A stretch of DNA of 64,000 nucleotides, taken from NCBI GenBank assembly GCA_030704615.1, contig CM060734.1, forward strand, positions 3,038,001 through 3,102,000, written 5' to 3'. Position 1 is the first letter of the stretch, and every line of letters begins with the position of its first letter. The notes beneath the pieces were generated by a model. The model worked only from the letters and a program-made list of their open reading frames with translations, did no database searches and had not been told where the DNA came from. The stretch is from Takakia lepidozioides (lineage: Eukaryota; Plantae; Bryophyta). This document shows positions 21,630 through 35,360 of this stretch, piece after piece. A program made the translations under genes and the position numbers.

Positions 21630-21822
21630 GAGAGAGAGAGAGAGGGAGAGAGAGGGAGAGAGGGGCAACAAAGAAAAAACAAAAGGTGGGGGGGGGGGAG
21701 TGACTGAGCGGCTGCTACTCAGTCACTCCCCCCCCACCTTCTTCTTTTTCTTTTTGTTTCCTGATCTCTCCCTCTCACTCCCTCTCTTCTCTCCCTCTCT
21801 CTCCCTCTCTCCCTCTCCCTCT
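21630..21822. repeat. Palindromic element: (GA)n - poly-G - AGTGACTGAG..CTCAGTCACT - poly-C - (CT)n
   Basis: Hairpin core also at ~2057-2110 and ~5341-5400, half copy at ~1330-1365. Confidence 0.8.
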
Positions 21823-23489
21823 ATAACTCTTTGGATTTCATCTGGCCTTAACCTTTTGAGGTTATTTAGTTTTTCATCCCTGCCTTTTTCATCCAAATCT
21901 GGACGATTTTATTTTATTATTGGATGATGAAACTTAATATACAGAAAGCTAGAGTTACCATCTATTTTTTTCATCTAAACTGGATGATCTACATAAATAA
22001 TGGTTACCTATTATAAAATCCAAGAGAATAATAAAACTACCATCATAAATGATGGCAGTTATTAAACCTAAGCCTATACCATAACCCTAAAAGATACATT
22101 TCTATGGGATGTCATCCAGTGACAAAATGCCTTTCTTGGTAAAATGTGATATTTTATCCATCCTGGATGAAAAATCGGGAAGTTTTGCCCTAAGCAGGCC
22201 GACACACTTCACACCATTGAACTCGTGCTTCAGTGAACCTTGATGATGCGCCGTATAAACCTGCTCCCCTGCTGCTACATGGTACTCGTGATTGCTGGCT
22301 CTTGGGATGCGCATTGGTGGTTGAACAGATTCTTCTGTGGCAGACGACAAAGCCGTGATTGCTCTGATCAGGAACTCATGATTCTTTATTTTGCAGCGGC
22401 GCTTTTACTCCTTGTTGGGAAGTACTCTATCCCTATTTATCTACAGATTACATGTTGCTCTCTCTTTGTGTATGAGCCATTCTCTATCTGTGAACGCTTC
22501 TACTCTGATTGCGTTCTGTTGGAGACGATCAAAGGACGCCATGGCGCAGGGCATACCACAAACACTCAAGGTTTTTTTGAGTTTACCATTGCTTGAATTG
22601 TGATCTGTACTTGCTTTAGAATTCAACACTGACATGGATAGCAACTATGAAGACCTGCCATTTACCTGTTGCATCCTCACTAACACACATCGCTATGTGG
22701 TGGTTTTTGGGACGGGCACAGGTGAGGGTCTCCACTTGTCTTGATTTCTTGAAGCTTGCAATTCCTGTTCTTGCAAGTGTGGATACTGCTGCTGCCTAAG
22801 CTGCTGATGCCATCTGCTGTTTCAAACTGCCACCATGCCGCTTCAGACCTGCTCCAAGATGGCTCCAATGAGGATCTGCTTCTCTCCTTACCCCTGTTTA
22901 TGGTTTTTTACAGCCACATTTGCATGTGTAGGAGTTTAGCTATGAAGGATACAAGGATACAAAATAGCAGTTATTACTTTGACTGCCTTGATACTTGGCT
23001 CTGAAATGAGAACTCTTGGTATGACTCTGATGGATCAAAAGGATAGGCTTTGATAGATAACACACATTCTTCAAGGCCCTCATATCATTTTGGTTTCATG
23101 GCTTGATAACAAACATGGGTTTCTGAGCTGCTCTTTCACCTTGGTAGAACTATTTTATGAGGCCTTAAAATACCATTCTAGGCCTATACCTGCTTAAGGG
23201 GGCTCTACCCTGTTGTTTCTTCTTCCTTTTTAAGAATCTTGCTTATATCTTGGTTCTAAAACATCATCTTCAAACCAAACCTGCAAATTGGTTTTTGAAA
23301 TGAGTTTAAAATGGATTCTTGAGATGATGATGTGTACTATGGTGCTTTCATGATATGAATGACCTGGAATCCCACCCTCCCGCCCTGTTTTTTCAGAGAC
23401 CCTGAAATGTAATTGGGTATTCAAATGAGATTGTAAACATGAAAGAGAATGTTAGATGGTGCCCTGTAAAGGGCTGTTTTGTCTTTCAA

Positions 23490-23710
23490 TGACAATGACC
23501 TTAGCGGTCTTGTCCATGTCTTGACATGACATGTATATCTTCCCTCTCTTTCGTGCTGCTCACAAAAAAAAAAAAACCACAGAGGGAAAGAGGGGGTAGA
23601 AAAAGTTAATAAGAGAGAGGGAAGATACTTTTGTCATGTCAAGACAAGGACAAGACCCCTAGGATCGTTGTCAGGAAAAATAAGAATAATCAGACATATC
23701 AGCCACTTAC
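23490..23710. repeat. Short MITE-like inverted repeat; right arm also at 7380-7490
   Basis: gtcttgacatgaca...cttccctctct vs agagagggaaga...tgtcatgtcaagac. Confidence 0.55.
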
Positions 23711-23832
23711 TCTCTGGTGTGAGTTGTGTGACAATCTTGATGTTGAAAGAATAGTGCTTCCCTGATAGATCATGTAATTATTTTCTCCTATGCTCATGCT
23801 CAGCTCAGTAAATTACATACTATTCCGTGCAA

Positions 23833-24732
23833 CGACCGAGTGGTTAAAGGGGAGGCAAATGGAAAAAGTATTAACGATAAAGAATAGGTAAGGTGAACCT
23901 CACATTCCCAAATGTGGATTTCATCCTGGAACAAGGTTCCATTGCAGCACACCATAGCTGGTCACACTTTGTAGTTGTTTGCACACCATTTTTGACAGGC
24001 CCTTTGACTTGTTGAGCATGAACGATGCCAGGAATGAGAAATAGTTCCCAGACTGGAGGGATGGATCGTCTCAAACTTTCTAAGTTCTCTCACAAGGAGC
24101 TTTCAGATGTTTTTCCCTGTTGTTGAGGTTGCAGAGGAATTCCAATGCGGAAAAATATATATCCTATGATAGCAACACAGGAAAAAATACCAGAGAAAAG
24201 TGGTGGCTTTTGTAAACTTCCAGAGGGAATGAGGGAATGCGAAAATTTGAGCCTCTGTGGCACAGCTCCCTCTTACTTGTTGATTTGTATGCTTTTAGGT
24301 GGGAATATAATTAACTTTTCTAGAAAAAGCTCCAAAAGTTCCTTGTGCGATCTGCAATCGTTTTAGTTTAGTTCACACTCGAAGAACTAGAGCTTGCAAC
24401 TTCTAGTTCTAATATCTATTCTACCCAGGTAGTTGAGAGGATCTGCAGCTCCAAAAGGTGCACCCACTTTCATGCACGAGTGATGAGAACCATGATTTTG
24501 TGCGTTCAAGGCTGCAAAAAAATTAGTTGACATTAGATTTTTCTTTATCTGAATTCATGTGGTGTATTTCAGTGACATTGCCAAGCACCTCTCGCTCCCA
24601 CCTGTGAAACTGCACTGCAGCATGCTTGCTGAAGATGCAATCAAGGCAGCTGTGAAAGATTATCAGGCCAAGAAGGCCAAGAGAGAGGAAGGGTCCAAAC
24701 CCCCTGATGAAAATGCTGCAGCGGCAGCCTGA
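23833..24732 (+). CDS. ISU1: IscU/ISU1 Fe-S cluster scaffold, last two exons (23833-23887, 24573-24732); first exon not found
   Basis: TEWLKGRQMEKVLTIKN-S|DIAKHLSLPPVKLHCSMLAEDAIKAAV with the LPPVK motif; GT-AG intron of matching phase; missed by the ORF track. Confidence 0.88.
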
Positions 24733-25803
24733 GAGTCAACAGTTTCCTATACTTCCCCCACCTTCCAAAAGTACGTCAGGAATGTGAAAGGAACACCCGG
24801 GTTTTGTTTCCTACATTTGTTGTAAGGAAATTCAGGGTGGACTCCTGCCCAAGCAAGCATAAATTATATGATGCCTCTTTCACCCATGAAAGGGCCTACT
24901 GCCTTGGAAGGCGGACACCTTAATGAAATTCAAGTATTTTGACATTCCTGGGCATTCCTTCTATACATCACCACAACTTGGGGAAAAACTTACAAATACA
25001 TAAATAAACACTTGGGATCTGAAGACAATGAAGCCACTCAATTTTGAAGTCCAGAAATTTGGGTTGATTTGTCTCAGCCCCGCCAACTCTGCCTGGGTCT
25101 CATTAGTCTGCACAGCTTAGTAACAACTCCCAAACTCCCTGAAGATATCTAACACATAACTCTTATTAGGTGCAGTGCATACTAGTTTCTACTACAAAAG
25201 TAGTCTAACATTGTTTCCTCATATCAGACTCTTACTGACCATCATACAACACCAACAATTGCCGCCTTCTACCATAGAGTGGGAGAAAGGATCTATGTAA
25301 CTTGTTTGATAACATATCAAGCCCATATGCGATGTATTTCAAGTAGTTCTGTTGTGCAGATGAAGATTCATTGTTATATTTTGGTGACTCGAGAGTAATA
25401 TGTGCAATTTCAAATTCAATCTACAGACCCAAGGTTGATTTCTTCAATACAAAGAGAAACGTCTTTAGCAACCTGAACAATGCGATAAAATTATCGCTTA
25501 ATTGCAAATAGTACTTTGAATGAATGATGAATATAATCATATCATGGATTAACATACAGGAGAGGATACAGTACTACCTATTTGTAGATAGATTCCTGCA
25601 GGCTTGTTGAATCTCCATGTTTTCTTTTTTGGCGGAATGGAGATGATGTGATGACGCTGGTAACTGTTATGAGGTCCAAATTGCCCCTAAATTGCCTCAT
25701 AGTCGACTCGAGGTCAACTTGATTCAAAAGAGAATAGTTTGAATGAGATCAAATTCTCATGACATTTGAGCTTGGAGGATGTAAAGTTGGGAGCATGGAT
25801 GTG

Positions 25804-28800
25804 TCAAAAGCCTGCTGGAGACCCATCTTTTCTCTCATCACTCACTCCAATGAGTTTCCCATAGAAAATCTCTCCCGTGGGCTTTTGTAGATGTGGTGGC
25901 CAGTGTGCGGGAGTGGTCAATTCATGCAAAACCAACTGAGATATGGCACCTGAATCTTGGCTTTCCAGCTCGTGGCCCCTCTGCTGAAGGCCCTCACGAA
26001 CCGCAGGTGCTAGCTCCAAGTGATCTCCAGTCACTAGCGTCCAGTTCTCATACTGTACTTTATTCGGGCCCAACTGCAAATATTCCATGTGGAATTTAGT
26101 TTGCTTCTCGAGAGAAGCACACAATCACAACTTACGAGATTCATGCCGGAATGTTGTGAGAACTGCAGGCAAGGACTGTGCAGGCTTTAGTACATTTGAG
26201 AGTATAACAACAGACCAGACAGCCACAGGAACTGGAGGTGTGTAGAGAGAGATATATAGAGAAAGTGTGTAGAGAGAGACAGTGAGAGAAATCAAGGTGC
26301 AAGGCATGGAACTAACCTGATGGTGGACTCGAGTGGCAAGCACAGAAGAGAGAGGGTCCAGTTCCTTGACGAAATGATTCAGGAAGACCTGTGCCACAGC
26401 TGTTATGATCTTGCTCCCCCCGCTTGCACCCAGCACAGCTCGCAGCTGCCCGTTCTAATGTCACCGCCATACAATTCAGTCTAGATAAACTACAGTACTC
26501 GAGAGCCCACTCTTGCAAGAATTCAAGAATGTAAATGCGGCTCTCATTTCATCTACTCTCAATGCCCTGGTGTGGTGAAAACTTGACAAATGGCTCACCT
26601 CCTGGCTTTGTGCAACAGAGTCTCAGATTCTTAATGGAAATAATACCTTTAGGAAAATTGTGGGAGACATAGATGACAAAGGACGCTTGTTGGGTCTCAC
26701 AAAATTCTGTGGGGCAGGCGGAAGGTGGTCAGGTTTGATATCAGTTGGAATGGAAAAATCGTCCATCTCATTGTTGAGTAAAATTCCCGTTCTTCGAGAT
26801 AAGACTTTTGCACCAAAGGAGTAGTTGATGGTTGAGGTCATGGCCACGGCATTTCTCTCAGCATCAACAATCCCAAAATGACTTGTCCCGTGATCCTGAA
26901 GCTGACTCCACCTTCACTACATTCAAGCAACAGTATGCTCAGAGACACTCTCACCTGATCGTGTAGATGCCAGATTATTTAAAAAAAAACACACACTTTG
27001 TCTTCATACACTCCAGATGAGATTGCTTCAAAACTTGCATAGAGAAGTGGAGAGAGAATGTACTCATAAGACGTTGCTTGCCGGAGCCTTGTGGCCATTG
27101 ACCCCATGCCCAGTTTGGGCAGAATACAAAGGAACAGAAACTACCTTTGTCAGGGGCTGACACCAGTAGCATGACTTACCTTGGAACAGACAATTGATCC
27201 GAGTTTTCCAGATATCCTCTAGAAATCCCTTTACACAAGCATCAATCTGCTGTGTGTGATTTGCCAAATAACTAGGCCCCAGAAGGGCCTGGCTTTTGGC
27301 TCAGCCTTGAGATTTTCAAAGTTGGTAAACAGAGGCACAGAAACAAATCCCTTGCTGGATTTGAAGAGGCGTCTCTCTGGTGAGAGTACCCAGGACAATG
27401 AATCAGGAAGTGAATATTGTCTTTTAGTTGCCCACACAACGGGCATTCGCAATCACCCTTTCTCTGAAGAAGTGGAGAAGTGGAGAGAAGTGGAGAGAGT
27501 GTGTGGGGGAGGGAAAAAAAAGGGCTTTATATGTCCCGGAAAAGCTTCAAGACCTGCATGAAAGTAACCCAGAAAAAACAGCAACGTGGAGAGAGGGCCA
27601 TCACAAGCTGCTGAGCACTTATGGTTTGTGGGGGATACAGAGGGGAGACACATCTCATCATTATGGCATGTTTGAAGCTTGAGCAGAGAGATAGTACCTG
27701 CCTCCATAATACACTGGGGCGAAGGTGGTGTTGTCAGAAATCAATTTTTGCAGCTCAGCAGCAAACTCAGGAGACAGCATATCCGCCAACACCGATGTCA
27801 CATCAACGAAGGCAGGGTCCCCCAAGTTCATGCGCACTGCATATGTGTGTTTGAAGGCTTCTATCATCCGATGCAACCCCAGCACTCCAAAGGAAGATAC
27901 ACGTGTCCCATACATTGCCATGATGTTGAGAATCTGTGTTGAAACAAACCACCAGGTGAGGGAAGGACTTCTAAAGCTTTCAAGGATTTCTCCTGGGCAA
28001 GCTACGAGTGATTGTTGACCATGTGTTGGATTAATCGTCCACAAATGTTCTACGTCATTTTCATTAGAAACAATACTTCAGCTAGGAAATCTTCGACCAA
28101 ATATAACTCAATCATCTCATTAATATGGTGTGGCAGAGAGAGTGTCAGCCATGTGCACATTGATTGTTCCCTCTGAACATTGGCTACCACGGCCTGAAGG
28201 GAATAGTGCCTGCAGTAGACTAAACCTCTGGGAGCCAGTTGCAGGGGTTCTGGCCACCGGGGTGACAGAGAGAGACAGAAATGCATATCCCTCATGACAC
28301 AAATGTCCTGGTTATCCTACAGAAAATAGCAAAGAGAGCAGTGGCGTAGTTACCAAAAATAGTGCAGCACCACCAGAGGAAGGAGGGGGCATCCCAAGTA
28401 TTGTGAAACCCATAGTATCTGCAACTATGGGCTTCCGTATTTCAACCTTATACTCTTTCAAATCATGGGCAGTTAAAATTCCCCCTGCCGCCTGAACATC
28501 CTCAACAAGTTTCTGTCCGACTGTCCCATTGTACAGCACACTTGGCCCGTCTTTTGCCACCTGTTGAAGTGTTTGTGCCAATGATTCCATCCAGCACATC
28601 TCACCAGCAACCAGCAGCTTTCCTCGGGGGGCAAAGATCTCCTTGAGACCTTTATCAGCCAGAATTTTGCTCCCACTTGAATGGATAGCCTTTGCCAAAT
28701 AACGATGAATAACAAACCCATTGGATGCAAGAGAGATTGCTGGTCGCACCAATGTTTCCCATGGCAAACGCCCATGGTGCTCCCATGCCAAATGAAGGCC

Positions 28801-29563
28801 TGCCAGCTCACCAGGGACTCCCATGGAGAGGGCCCCCACTTCTTTTGAATCCGGGTTGGCTTCATACATGTCCTGCAAGATACATTCAATTGGCAGAATT
28901 ATTTCCTTCCCTTGACAGTAGTTAACAAAGGAGTATTTAGACAGAAAGAAAACTTAGCATTTGTGACTGCACATTAATTTTCTGTTCATATGCCCCCCTC
29001 TTCCAGAAGCTCAAACACTGGTTTTGAAGTGCTCAAATATCAAGACCTCTCTTGTTCTGCAACTCACAAATGCAAGACTTTGCATGATGTTTATGGACCC
29101 ATAACTCTACATCACTTTATGGGACTGGTGACACGAAGAATTTCTGCAGGAAGGAGACCAGGTCTAGGTCTCTGGATATAGGTAGTGCGGGGTTTACCTC
29201 AGAAGCTGCTGCAGGTGCAGTTTCACGCATGTCATAGATTTCTGCACTCCCATTCGCCAACCTAAGAAGCAAAAAGGCTCCCCCTCCGATCCCACTAGCC
29301 ATTGGGTTCACGACACCCAGACATAGGGCAGTTGCAACAGTAGCATCGATTGCATTGCCGCCCGCCCGCAATGCATCCCGGCCAATCACAGAGCATCGTG
29401 CCTCATCAGCAGCCACCACACCCACATCAGCTTGTACAATTCGTCCCATATCCTCAAAGACCATGCCATCAAATGGCCCTTTTCTGACAGGGGGTTGCAA
29501 GGAGGCTAAGTGCCCAGTGGTAGTAGCAAGAATAATCACTGTGACAAAGAAAGCTGCGAACAT
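25804..29563 (-). CDS. GGT: Gamma-glutamyl transpeptidase (glutathione hydrolase), exons 29198-29563, 28354-28872, 27698-27933, 26647-26911, 26317-26454, 25804-26073 (~597 aa)
   Basis: GGNAIDA...SGIGGGAF...DMRETAP; GVPGELAG; PPPSSGG; catalytic HGTSH; LLNNEMDDF; RPLSSMSPT; GASGGSKI; all GT-AG with consistent phases; start ATG tentative. Confidence 0.93.
27064..27460 (-). mobile_element. LINE 3' fragment inside GGT intron 3
   Basis: Same family as 4780-5183 (...GHGVNGHKAPASNVL*). Confidence 0.75.
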
Positions 29564-32299
29564 TTGCACTTCAGCATAACATAGCTTGTAAGATTTGCTA
29601 GTTATAATACAGGAGATTACACCACCACAATCTTCCGGCTGTCCCAAAAAGAATACCTGATCTCTGCATTTGACTTTAATGTAGGCAATAGCAGAGACCA
29701 ATGCATTGCCATTGAGTAAGTTCAAGGAAATTTGCAGGCAGTGGCTCAGTCCCCAGTTGGGTGGTGTGGACCTCCATCCATGGTTCATGAAAAGATACTG
29801 TCTAGCTTCATGGAAGGACGATTCGATTCCAGAGACAATTGTAAATATTTACTATTGATAATTACCATTGAAGGTGCATAATCAACCCTTAGATTCCACC
29901 CATCAACGTGGCAGGATTTACCTGTCAAAATTGACCAAAACCAACTTTCACTTCAGAAGTGTACATTTGCCAACCAACAAGAGGTCAGGTGATTACACCT
30001 GCAAAAGATAAGCTGAAATCTCATAGTATGCATACAATTCGTAGCACTACCAGAAGGCTCGTGGTGGATGCACTTGCAACAGCTCTGGCTCTAAGGGATG
30101 GTGAGAGTGGGGGTGGGACAAGTAGGGAGTTGGCTACTGTCGTAGAAGGCCCGCTCCCTTGGACTTACCGCAAGACATGTTGGTTCTGTCTTTTCAGAAC
30201 TTCTCTAGAAAACTCTTAACTCTAGAATCAACTTTGTGCGAGTATTCAGCCAAAAATCCATGGCTTTATGCGTCCTCTCGAACTGAGAGAAAAATCTTGC
30301 GGCGAGAGTCTGGTTCAGGCTTGTAAAACAGCCTCTCGATCATCTAAAGAAAAAATCGACATCCGAGAAATCGGAGATGTGGATTCCCTTAAACCAGCTG
30401 AATTACAGTTCACAGTACAGAAACGTAGGCAGTCTTCTGCAGAAGAAGACGAAGAAGAAGAAGTTCTAATATATCAGAGGAGGCTAGAGAGCTCAAGGGA
30501 CACCATAGATTAACAATACAGTAATTAGTGCATACCCAGGAGCAAACCGAGGGTGGCATATCGATGTCGAGATGGCGAAACTTCAACGCGGCCTAGTAAT
30601 GGCATCTCCACATCTGGCTCCACTTGAATCTCCATGGCAGCTACCAGCTCTATCTTGTGGAACAATGGGTGAGACAGGAAAAAATCGACAGCAGGTCCGT
30701 GTGTTTGTGAAAGCGTGTGTCTGAGATAAGAAAGAAAGAGGAAAAAAGTGAAGGCGCTGTCAGAGAGAAAAAGAGATTGAGGGACAAGTTTATCAGATCC
30801 TCCGGAAACGACAAGAGAAACTTGGAAAGAAAAAGAATTATGTCCACCAGAGAAGGGGGCTCATCAGAGTCTTGCAGCTTCCTCTGGAAGAAAAAAAGAA
30901 AACTTGAGGAATAAGAGGAAGAAGAGAGGTATTCCGTCCACCAGCAAGCGGTACTCATAAGGAAGCTTCCTTATGAAGACACGGTAAACAAACAACGTGC
31001 GGGTCTCTGAAGAGAAACAAAACTGAAACCCAGGCCGAGGACAATTGGGAGATCCAGATTATGTGCCATAAAGTATTCACTTGTATGGTGCCGTGCAGTG
31101 TGGACTTGGCATGGCGTGGATCGGAAGGTGGGCAACAGAAATCCTATCCAGAGCTGGATTGGAGAAGATAGTATCCCAGCTCAGTAGGCACCAGTGTCGG
31201 TTATTTGTAGATGGGTGATGAGGGATGATGCAAATTCTCCAGGAGTGTTTTCATAACATTCACAAACTGAAAAAGATGAGATTGATATCATTAGATATTC
31301 CACTCCATAATGAGCTCAACACATTCAAATGGACTTTGAGTGATTGCAATCACACTGACCAATGAAACGATATGGAACACTCTCAGACTTGAACGCTAAA
31401 GGAATCGTGTCAAACTGGGCTAGGTTTCAGAGATCCGGTCCTGGAACCTTGGAACAGTGATGTCATGAGCTACAGGCGGGGCCCATTGTGCACGAGTCCA
31501 AGCATTGAAGCTGTTGGAACTTTCTTGGATTACCTCGTGCTGTCGCAGACGCCGGAGTCTGGCAGTCGCCTAAGCAATTACCAGAGGAGCGCCTATAGGT
31601 CCCACCCCCCCCCCCCCTTCCGCGGCATAACACTCACTTAAACCACGCCTTTAGGTCAAGCATTGACCTCACCATTTGAAGCTTAGGGCCGGGTTACCAA
31701 CCCCCCTCTACCACCCCCACTTTTAAAGCTACCTCATTGGTCTAAAAGGCATATTCTCTAAGGGGCACCCCAAGGAATTCCAAGGAGACTCGGACTTAGC
31801 CTGGCTTCGTTGGCTTCGCGATTCATCGAGCAATGTCCCTCTGGTTATCTTTGTAGTAGATCGCTCCTTTATAGGTGTCAGTCTCTAGACTTCGGAACGA
31901 ATGAGAGCGTCCAATGGCTTCCATTTGTGCTTTTGAGAAAGGCTGATTCTCCTGACTTTCCTTACGTTGGGAACTACGAGCGTCAGAACGCTCCATCGCA
32001 TCAGAATTATCGTAAGAGCTTCGCTAGACGTTGCTCTCCGATCCAAACTAGAGTTGGCTCATAAATCGCAACTGAACCTTTTTCTGCCCTATCACTCAAC
32101 TTGGCTCTTGGCTCTGATACTACTTATCAAGATCCTAATTTCGGTTTTCTGTCATAAACAACTTGTGGGAGAGAGATTCAGTTCTGCCAAGGTTCACGGT
32201 CAAGAAGAACAAAAACCTCACAAATATTATATAACCCTGCATAGCTTTATAAAAAGACCCAAGTGGGGTGACTGTACAAATGGGTGTAACTTTCCCCAA

Positions 32300-33770
32300 G
32301 AGGAAACAACCAAAGCTCGTAGAGCTAGATATATTAACACAAAGAAAAAATCAAACTATTCTAGTATCACCTACAGCTTGAAGAAGGTCAGACAACAGGA
32401 AAGAGGGTGGATCAAAGAGTGCGGGGGAGGCGAGATGAAGCCGCCCCAGCAACCTCTGCCCGACGTAAAATAGATTGAGCTTGAGCCTTTAGCAAAGCAA
32501 CAGAAACTCGTTGTCTAAAGAAAGCTACAAGAACAGAGGCGTATGGGCTTCCAAGGCTTTTGTTTTCTGCTGCACGATGGGCACACGTGCGAAGGAACTC
32601 GTTGAACTGATGGTACAAACAACCAAAGATCTCGACTGCCATGTGTCTGTGGAATGACGTGCCCGATAGTCATGCTCCTTTCCCTGCGCAGCTACTGAAG
32701 CGGCAACTCCCTATGATGAGGGTGTGCGGGACAGGAGATCCGACCTAGTAGGATCAGCGATGACAACGTCCGCCAATGTACGCAGTCCGTCCTATGAGAG
32801 AACAATGTCAACCCGTCGTTGAGTGGAATGGTGATTGTGGGTCGATGGGAGTATGTGCACCTGAGGCGGTCCAAGGGTAAGCGAAAAGCATGTTGTACCT
32901 CTCTGCGAAGCGCCATTGGGATGCGTGTATAGGGCAAACCCAAATGAAATGCTCCCAAAACATCAAGGGTCGCAATCCAAAGCCATGCCTAGGCAGAAGG
33001 AGCTACTAACGGGGTAAGCAAATGACTGTCCGGAGAAGACTGATTGAGTGTAGAACATGTGTGTCGATGACGCGCAGGCCCCCTGATATGGGCAAACATC
33101 CGACCACAACTTGGACAAAGCACTTGGTCTGGTGGAGAAGATGGTGGTGCTGGTGGTTGGAGATAAGATGGAGCAAAAGAACGGGCGGTCTGATCAGGTG
33201 AACCTGTCCGTTGTCTAGAAGGAGGTGGCGAGCCAGGTGGAGAGGTAAGCTCTGTGGGAGGCCGCCGTGTACCTGAAAGGCGAATTGGGGAAGGGCCACT
33301 GGCCCCTTGATTTGGAGTTGTTGTGCCTCGCTTGGGGTTGTTGGGTATCATTCCTGTAGAGCTGTGACCTTGGGTAGAGTGGGAGGGTTCACCATCAGCA
33401 ACGCTTCCTCTCCTCTGTGGATGAGGGCTGTTGTGACCGGAGAGGGAGGGTGTAGCACTACTCTTGGCCCCATTTCTACTGCTCCTAGGATTGTCTTGAA
33501 AGGAGGGACAGGGCCCACCACCAATATTGCCCTTGGCTGTACCATGGCTATGGCGGATGTGCCTAGTGTAAGGGGGCTGACCACCCTGGCGTCTAGGGTT
33601 ACCTTGTCTGGCAGAGAAGGGCCCACCATTATCACGCTGAAGGCTGGTGTGTGAGGAGTGGGCGGGCCCGACACCAGCCTGCACAGCTGCTGTGTCCCGT
33701 TTAGACCCACGGTTGGGGTGTCTACTGCCTCTAGTCGCCCGCTGTCCGCCACCGCTGTCGGCCATCGCTT
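32300..33770 (-). mobile_element. Internally deleted CRE-like non-LTR retrotransposon (zinc finger plus restriction-like endonuclease, RT missing)
   Basis: CPSCGRMFAHIRGPARHRHTC; RTLADVVIADPTR (~32735-32785); AVEIFGCL...RQRVSVALLKAQAQSILRR. Confidence 0.7.
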
Positions 33771-34809
33771 TCCACCATCTTCACCTCTACTCTGCTCGCT
33801 GTCCTTATTTAGGTTGAACCATCAGCAGAAGTAATCAAGGCCTGTATATACATCGCTTCTGTTGTTTCATTCACCAGCCGGGTCCCACAGAACGGTCCGC
33901 ATCCTGGTTCTCACATGAAGTCGCTTGATTTCAGTCAAGGTCGTAGCACTCGTTGTGCACTCGTTGGGAAAGAACAAGCACTTCAGACATTTGGGCCATT
34001 TGTTTAGGTTGAACCATCAGCAGAGGTTATCAAGGCCTGTATATACATCGCTCCTGTTGTTTCATTCACCAGCCGGGTCCCACAGAAAGCTCCTACAGAG
34101 AGATTCTATACGAGAAATCGAAACAGAACTTGATTGTGTCACTTTCTTTACCACTTACTTGGAAATACAGATGCGGGGCCGAAGGACTTAGTAGATCCAA
34201 AAGAAGATGCCCAAGTGGACAACACATTTCTTCTCAAATACCTCGCATTGACAGTTCCTGGAACTCCTGCAGTCCTTTCGGACACCTACGGCCGCACTAT
34301 GCTAGTTGTTGGGCAATATTGTGATACAACCACAATGGCCATTTTTACTCCTCAACAACACACTCTCCCTGAACTCTCTCGTGCTCTCTCTCTCTCTCTC
34401 ACAAATGGTTCATTTACAAAATAGACAACATCCAGCCTGTACATGCAGTATGATCTTATACCACTCTCAAACTACACAGAGCTTGTTCTAGGTACCACTC
34501 CTGGACCATCCAACCACCTCGCCAAGCTCTATCTCTATATACATCAATTCTTGAGATCTCTTATCCTACAGGGTCATCCTCTGAAATCAGTCTGTGCCTC
34601 GTCCCTAACTTTCTAGCCCCTTGATCGATCTTTCTCTACCTTTCGTTCGGGGATGCTAAAGCGTGAGCTAGTGAGTCTCCAAAGCTCACGTGAGCCTGAC
34701 TATGAGGGCCTAATAGCACGGAAGACAGGCCTATAATCGCGGAATTAGGCCACCACATATAGAAAGACAACACCAATTGAAATAGAGAATAGAACCCAAA
34801 CTGCAACAC

Positions 34810-35360
34810 TGAAGCACGTAAAATGACGAACGTTGACGACCGCAGTTCCAAACGGCTCCCAACCAAAATAAAAATAAATAAAATAAATTATTTATTTATT
34901 TTTCTTTTGGTGGGAGTGGAGGGGATAGATAGCCCTCCAAAAATGCGGTCATTGACGACCGCTTCAGGACAATTCCCACCCACCAAAAACAAAAACAAAA
35001 AAAAAACAAAAAAATCTTCTTCTGGTGTGGGATAGCCCCCCAACAATGTGGTCGTTGACGATCGCAATTTAGGACGGCTCCTACCCCACAAAAACCCCAA
35101 AAAAAAGGAAAAAAAAACATGTATATATATATATTTGATGGGATAGCCCTCCAATTCAGGACGGCTCCCACCCACCAAAATAATAATAATAATAAGTGTC
35201 TTTTTTTTTTTGGATGGGATCATAATCCTCAAAAAATGTGGTCCACATTTCAGGACGGCTCCACTCCCCCAAAATAATGTTCTTAAAAAATAAATCGTCT
35301 TTTTATTTTGGGTGGGATAGCCCTTAAAAAATGCGGTCCTTGATGACCGCAATTCAGACG
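34810..35360 (+). repeat. Imperfect tandem repeats upstream of the hAT fragment, probably subterminal
   Basis: Recurrent gggatagccc...aaaatgcggtc..tgacgaccgc..ttcaggacggctccca. Confidence 0.6.

Noticed and set aside
31620-32160. Possible solo LTR or PBS
   Set aside because: Only one TG/CA-like end and no partner or TSD I could confirm
33805-34087. ~85-bp direct duplication
   Set aside because: Real but uninformative; no associated structure
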